From Callorhinchus milii (taxonomy: Eukaryota): a stretch of 64,000 bases of DNA. How positions within the stretch are numbered: the first letter of the stretch is position 1; every line of letters begins with the position of its first letter. Location of the stretch: the NCBI RefSeq assembly GCF_018977255.1, contig NW_024704743.1:38690001-38754000 (forward strand). Direction: 5' to 3'. The notes below the pieces were generated by a model. That model ran no database searches and was not told the DNA's origin. It saw nothing but the letters and a program-made list of their open reading frames with translations. This document shows, piece by piece, positions 59,011-64,000 of this stretch. Made by a program: the position numbers and the translations under genes.

Positions 59011-60157
59011 ATAATTTGGCAAAACAAATACCCTGTGTCTGCTGAGATGCTAGTTTATGTGTCCACTGGCCTTCTCTATTAAGAAGATAAGCACATTTAG
59101 CTAGTCACAGTTAAAGACTTGGGGAATTGCTATGAGCTACCTTGCTTTACAAGGTCAATGTGTGATGTTGACAGGGTGTTGCAGATTAGTCATTAGTCCT
59201 ACTTTATTCATTACAGTTCTGAATTACAAACAAAATGTGTGTCAGAAGAGCTTTGTTGCTATCTGTGCTGTGAGTTGTTCCTGACTTTCCCTCTTCATAT
59301 TTCCCCCCATATTTAAACATCAGATGAAAGAAGCATTGTTCACTTTGCCAGTTGGACTGTATGATATTTTTTCAAAACAAAAGGAAATGTAATGATGATA
59401 ATTGTTGTTGGTTTCCTCCACTCCCCCCTCCCCTTACTCCAGCATATCTTCCCTCCCCCTTTGGTATTTTTTAATTCATTGCAGGTGATGGCAGGTTCGT
59501 AACATCCATAGTATGAAAAGCGGTTCATTTTAAGATCTATACAGGCAGAATATAGTTGTAGAATAATACACCCTCCATCCATTTTATCATGTGCACAAAC
59601 CGAATGATGTTGCAAATTATAGTTCCACCATCCAACGCATGCAACTGGATCTCTGGCTCCACCATAGAAACATTTGAAGCCTGCATTGCTGAAGGGAATA
59701 TTAATGCTTCCGCCTAACTGTCACAGATGGTTTAAATTGACTCTTTAATCCTTTTTTTCATACTGATGTGAAAGATTAGATTTGACTGGTTAAGTATGAC
59801 AGTGACTGGCATCTCCTGTATCCTTCCATACAGAGGCATCATTCAACTTACAATGAGCTTATTTTCTTGTCTGCAAAGAAGCCAAAGGTCTGCTCTCAGC
59901 AAAAGTGCAGGAATCTGAAGATTATTGGGGGATGGGTTGGTTTTACAGGTGCATGATTAGTAGTTGAAATAATAATTTTGAGACCAAAACAACTCAGTTG
60001 CAAAATGCCTCCAGATAGGTGGACTTTTCAGTTTCTTCAGAATGCAACCAGAAACTGGACTCTAATGGGTTCTGCACATCATATTGTGTGGTCAACTGGT
60101 GTCAATTTTGAGGGAAGACTGCAGTTATACTATAGCCAACACACAGCTGCAACAGTT

Positions 60158-60593
60158 ATTATAATAATAATCCTTACATTTAGTATAGAGGCTTTCATGT
60201 CAGGAGAACTTCCTAAATGGAGGATATACTGTAAAGTGTAGGGACTATATTTTCTAGATGAAATGCAGCAGCTAGTTTGCACATAGCAATGTTCCACAAA
60301 CAGCCATGTAGTGAATTGCTAATTTTATTTGGGGGCTTGTTGGCCAAGACACTGGGAGAATCTCCCTTCTCTTTTCAAATAGTACCGTGGAATCTTTAAT
60401 GTTCACTTGAAGAGACAGACGGGATCTCAGTTTTTAATGTTTCATCCAGGAGGATACACTCAGAACACCCCCAGACACTGTGCTGGAGTGTCAGCCTAGA
60501 CGATGTGAGTTCAAAGTCCCAATGTGCATCTTGAACCAACACCCAACCTTCTGGCTCAGGCAAGAGTGCTACCAACTGAGCCAGGCTGACACA
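60158..60593 (-). mobile_element. SINE family B, near full length
   Basis: Minus-strand head gtgtcagcctggctcagttggtagcactc, core, tail. Confidence 0.88.
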
Positions 60594-60771
60594 TGTTGTG
60601 AAGTGATCTCACCCCACCTCAGATAAGCTTTTCAAATCATTTGAATCTGCATTCACACCACGGAGTTTACATTAATCAATATGAAAACATTCTATCCAAT
60701 TGGCACAAAGTATGAAGTACAACCACCTGCAAGGCTATTTTGCAACCCAGTCAGTTGCTGAAAGAAAAATA

Positions 60772-61190
60772 AACAGCAACGTGCAATTATACAGTGCCAT
60801 CATGTAGAATATTGCTTTGGAGAGCTTTACAGTGGCAGGGACAGACGCTGAGAAACAGGGAAGGGGAGAAGGGGGAGGTGACCATAGTCGTGGTGAAAGA
60901 GATAGGTGTTAAAACAAGACCTGAAGACAGATAGCGAAGGGCAAGACAGAGGTCGAAGGAGGGAGATCCAGAAGTTAGAGATGTAGAATTGGAAAGCTCG
61001 GCCACCAATAGTAGTAGGTGCATAAAGTTCAGCAAGCCTGAGGTAGCTGACAGGAGAGAATGAGCAGAGGAATGTGGCAGGAGGACATTGGAATGATAGG
61101 GAGGTGCTAGGGCATGAAAGGATTTATAGGTCAGGGCAAGGACCATGAAATTAATCTGCTGAGAGCCAGAGAGCCAGTGGAAACTGGGGT
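60772..61190 (-). mobile_element. Old L2 3' fragment
   Basis: ORF 60787..61146 reads VLALTYKSFHALAPPYHSNVL. Confidence 0.75.
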
Positions 61191-61284
61191 AACAGACACA
61201 CTCAAAACTCAGGATATCTGAGATATGGACCTTTCTAAGGCTGGATTAAAGCCTTGTAGTATCATAAATATTGGTTCTACTTTT

Positions 61285-61787
61285 AAACAACAACAAATTA
61301 CATTTATATAATGCTTTTCACATCAGGAGGACACCTCAAAATACTTCATATAATAAAAATAATAATCCTTGCATTTGATATAGCGCCTTATCAGGTCTTC
61401 GAGACGTCTCAAAGCACTTAATAATAATAATAATCCTTGCATTTGATATAGCGCTTTTCACGTCAGGAGGACGTCCCAAAGCGCTTCACAGAACACACTG
61501 CAAAGTGAAATGACTGTATATTTTGTGGGCAAAACGCGGCAGCCAATTATGCATAGTAGTGTTCCACAAACAATCATGGATTGAGTGACCAATTTATTAT
61601 TTTGTGTTGAGGCAATTATTACCCCTGGACAAGCGATCCGCCAATCGGCTAATAACCAGGTTCTAACTTACTATTAGAACAGTGGCGTGTGGAGTAAGGA
61701 AACGTGCCCAACTTTCCGCCTTGCCGGGAATCAAACCCAGATCTCAAGCGAGGCGAGTGCTCTAACCACTGAGCTACAGGACTCCAC
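61285..61787 (-). mobile_element. SINE family A long form followed by two additional stacked 3' tails
   Basis: Head at 61787; tail units at about 61420-61486, 61350-61419 and 61285-61349. Confidence 0.88.
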
Positions 61788-61974
61788 AATGTTGAGGTGA
61801 AACGCTTTGAAAATAATTGCTAATGATATTAAAAGCCCCACTCTGAATGCAGCAGTATTCATTCAGTATCACCACAGTGTAGTTGTGGTTCTCTTCTTGA
61901 CCTGATGTGCATTCAATGCAGTTCAATAGGAGTAACCCATGAAACAGATGATCATTGCTTCATATGCAAGAATA

Positions 61975-62216
61975 TACCTGACTCAGTTGGTAGCACTCCC
62001 TTTGAATCGGACGGCTGTGTGTTCATAGCCCCAGAACTCACATAGTTTAAGATGACATTCCATTTCAGAACGTCCAGAATTTGGCAAAATTCGTAATTAT
62101 AGCCTTAAATTTGAAGTCAGTTTTCTGGAATTTTCTTGACGACCTAATTACAGAAAGCGGTTTTCAAAGTTAAAATTAAATTTAATAATTTGTCAAATTC
62201 TGGGCACTCTAAAATG
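61975..62216. mobile_element. SINE B head (61975-62060) abutting a fold-back element (62061-62216)
   Basis: actcagttggtagcactc; imperfect inverted arms of about 30 bp, catttcagaacgtccagaatttggcaaaatt / aatttgtcaaattctgggcactctaaaatg. Confidence 0.6.
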
Positions 62217-62524
62217 CTACAAAGAGTAGATCTAGACCCAAGCGGAATTTCTCGCATAAATGTTATAAAGGAGTGAGCTATCCCTCCATGACAAACACTT
62301 TGGACCACCATCACAGTGTGGGCCAAGGTAGCCAACAAATAATATCAAGCCTTGACAGGAAATTTGTTTATGTGACTGCTTGATAGATAACTAAATGTTA
62401 TATCCTCATTACTGTGATACTATCATTCTTCTTCTTATTATTATATTATTATATCCATCAATACTATGGTACGCAATACTTTTTGTTTCTAGTTGTAAAG
62501 AAAGTTATGAAGAAAATAATTGTC

Positions 62525-63160
62525 GCAACAAAATTATATTTGTATAACGCCTTTCATGTTGGGAGGACGTCCCAAGGCGCTGGACAGTCAGTGTTTTGGA
62601 CCCGAGCTGGAGGTCGGGATCGGGGAGGGTGGAAAGCAGGCGGGGAAAGAGAGTGATCGAAGGCACGGTCATAGAGGCGGGTCTTGAGACGGGTCCTGAA
62701 GGAGGCAAGAGAGGGGGCAAGACGGAGGAACTGTGGGATGGAGTTCCAGAGGGTGGGGGCAGAGTGGCGGAAGGTCCGCCCACCAATGGTGGGGCGAGCG
62801 AGGCGGGGGATGTGAAGCAGGCCGGAGCCCGCTGAGCGGAGGGAGTGGGCAGGATGGTAGGGGGTTAGGAGGGCACTGAGGTAGGGGGGACCAAGGCCAC
62901 GGAGGGCTTTAAAGGTGAGGACCAGGATTTTGAACTCTATCCTCTGTGATAGGATCTCGGAGTCTGGTGCAGGAGAGGACATGAGCTGTAGAGTTCTGGA
63001 TGATCTGCTGCCTGTGGAGGGAGGAGTTGAGGAGGCCGACAAGCAGGGAGTTTGCGTAGTCGAACCTGGATGTTTTGTGGGTAACGGCACGGTTGTAGGG
63101 TAGAAAGGATAGTTGAGGGTCAAACAAGACGCCAAGGTTCCAGGCTGGCTCAGCGAGGTA
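62525..63160 (-). mobile_element. L2 3' fragment with internal deletions
   Basis: QRIEFKILVLTFKALRGLGPPYLS...WNSIPQFLRLAPSLASFRTRLKT; stem-loop at 62546-62581. Confidence 0.9.
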
Positions 63161-64000
63161 ACATAAAAGCTTGTTTTATTCAACTCATGAGAAAGATCTG
63201 GAAGATTTAGTCATGCGACTCAGCGTAATGAGACTAGCTGCACTGCTGGCTATAAATTCTCTTCTAAATATTGTTGTAGCAAAAATTCCTAAATATACCG
63301 AGGGCCTCTCACTGGCCTGACTTTCTAACTCATAAATTATAATTGTAGATTTTAACCTTGTGTGAGGAAGGTTACCAGTAAAATGTCTTCTTATTTTTGT
63401 TGGGTCATATCGTTGTCTCAGTGTCCAATCCCCAGGCTTCCTTTCAGCATTACTGCAGCCCCACAGGTCACCTGGTGGGTGATCCCACTTACATTGTAAG
63501 CTTTCTCATGCAAGGACCACCCACAGCCTCCATTTGTAGCTCCATTGCCAGTTTCATTGTTTTACGCAGAAAGCTTAAAAGAAGAAAAGTAATGGATCAC
63601 CAAACATGTCAATGAAACAAAGTCCATACGTGTAGCCACTTTTGTTAAGAACCGGCAAACAAGCAAAAAATAATTCCCATTGAAATATTTATTTGTGTAG
63701 CACTGAATTACTGATGTAATAATATTACATTGGGATAAATAGTCAGCCAGCTTCTTTCTGGCTTTAGCTAATGATGTTCAGTGATCATTAAGTACATGAC
63801 GGCCCCTGAAACAGACCTCATGCTGAATTTCTTACCTGCCAGACACCCTTTTCCAACTTGGTTCCCAGTTGGACCAGGGTAAGTTGGCAACTCTTCACTT
63901 GGAGTAAATCACTTTGTGCTATTGGGCATTTAGATTTGACATGAAATTTGGTCTCTCTTTCACTGAAACTTTTACCAAGTAGTTTTTTTATGAAGACTGT

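Noticed and set aside
1..64000. CRISPR array, operon or prokaryotic retron/RT system
   Set aside because: There is no regular repeat-spacer array or gene-dense region, and all RT motifs are eukaryotic non-LTR (L2/CR1).
1..64000. Strand bias of retroelements as evidence for a host gene direction
   Set aside because: L2 and SINE copies are about evenly split between strands.

Overview
This is repeat-rich, non-coding vertebrate genomic DNA. The repeat inventory points to a cartilaginous fish, plausibly a chimaera, but this is inferred and not verified. I found no host protein-coding gene, genuine tRNA or rRNA gene, or CRISPR array. The long ORFs in the track are L2-clade LINE ORF2 pieces or their alternate frames. 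The window holds about 25 L2 LINE fragments, three of them very young and one with an uninterrupted 460-codon RT frame. It also holds about a dozen CR1 fragments, two tRNA-headed Deu-domain SINE families that share the L2 3' stem-loop, several MITE-like palindromes and one unclassified repeat in three copies. The most notable structures, all read by eye, are: (1) a Penelope-like element with a decayed GIY-YIG endonuclease and a minimal hammerhead ribozyme, nested SINE>PLE>L2 (37.75-40.2 kb), plus a second PLE mini-insert at 49.8 kb; (2) a young L2 flanked by an approximately 330-bp direct duplication (13.4-14.8 kb); (3) a 2-bp ORF2 frameshift shared by copies of two L2 sublineages; (4) a CR1 with twin-priming-like 5' inversion geometry (49.0-50.1 kb); (5) three stacked SINE/LINE 3' tails at 61.3-61.5 kb that suggest how SINEs update their LINE-recognition tail; (6) recurrent templated patchwork inserts at 5' junctions. 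Boundaries of old repeats are approximate to tens of bp. No database searches were run.
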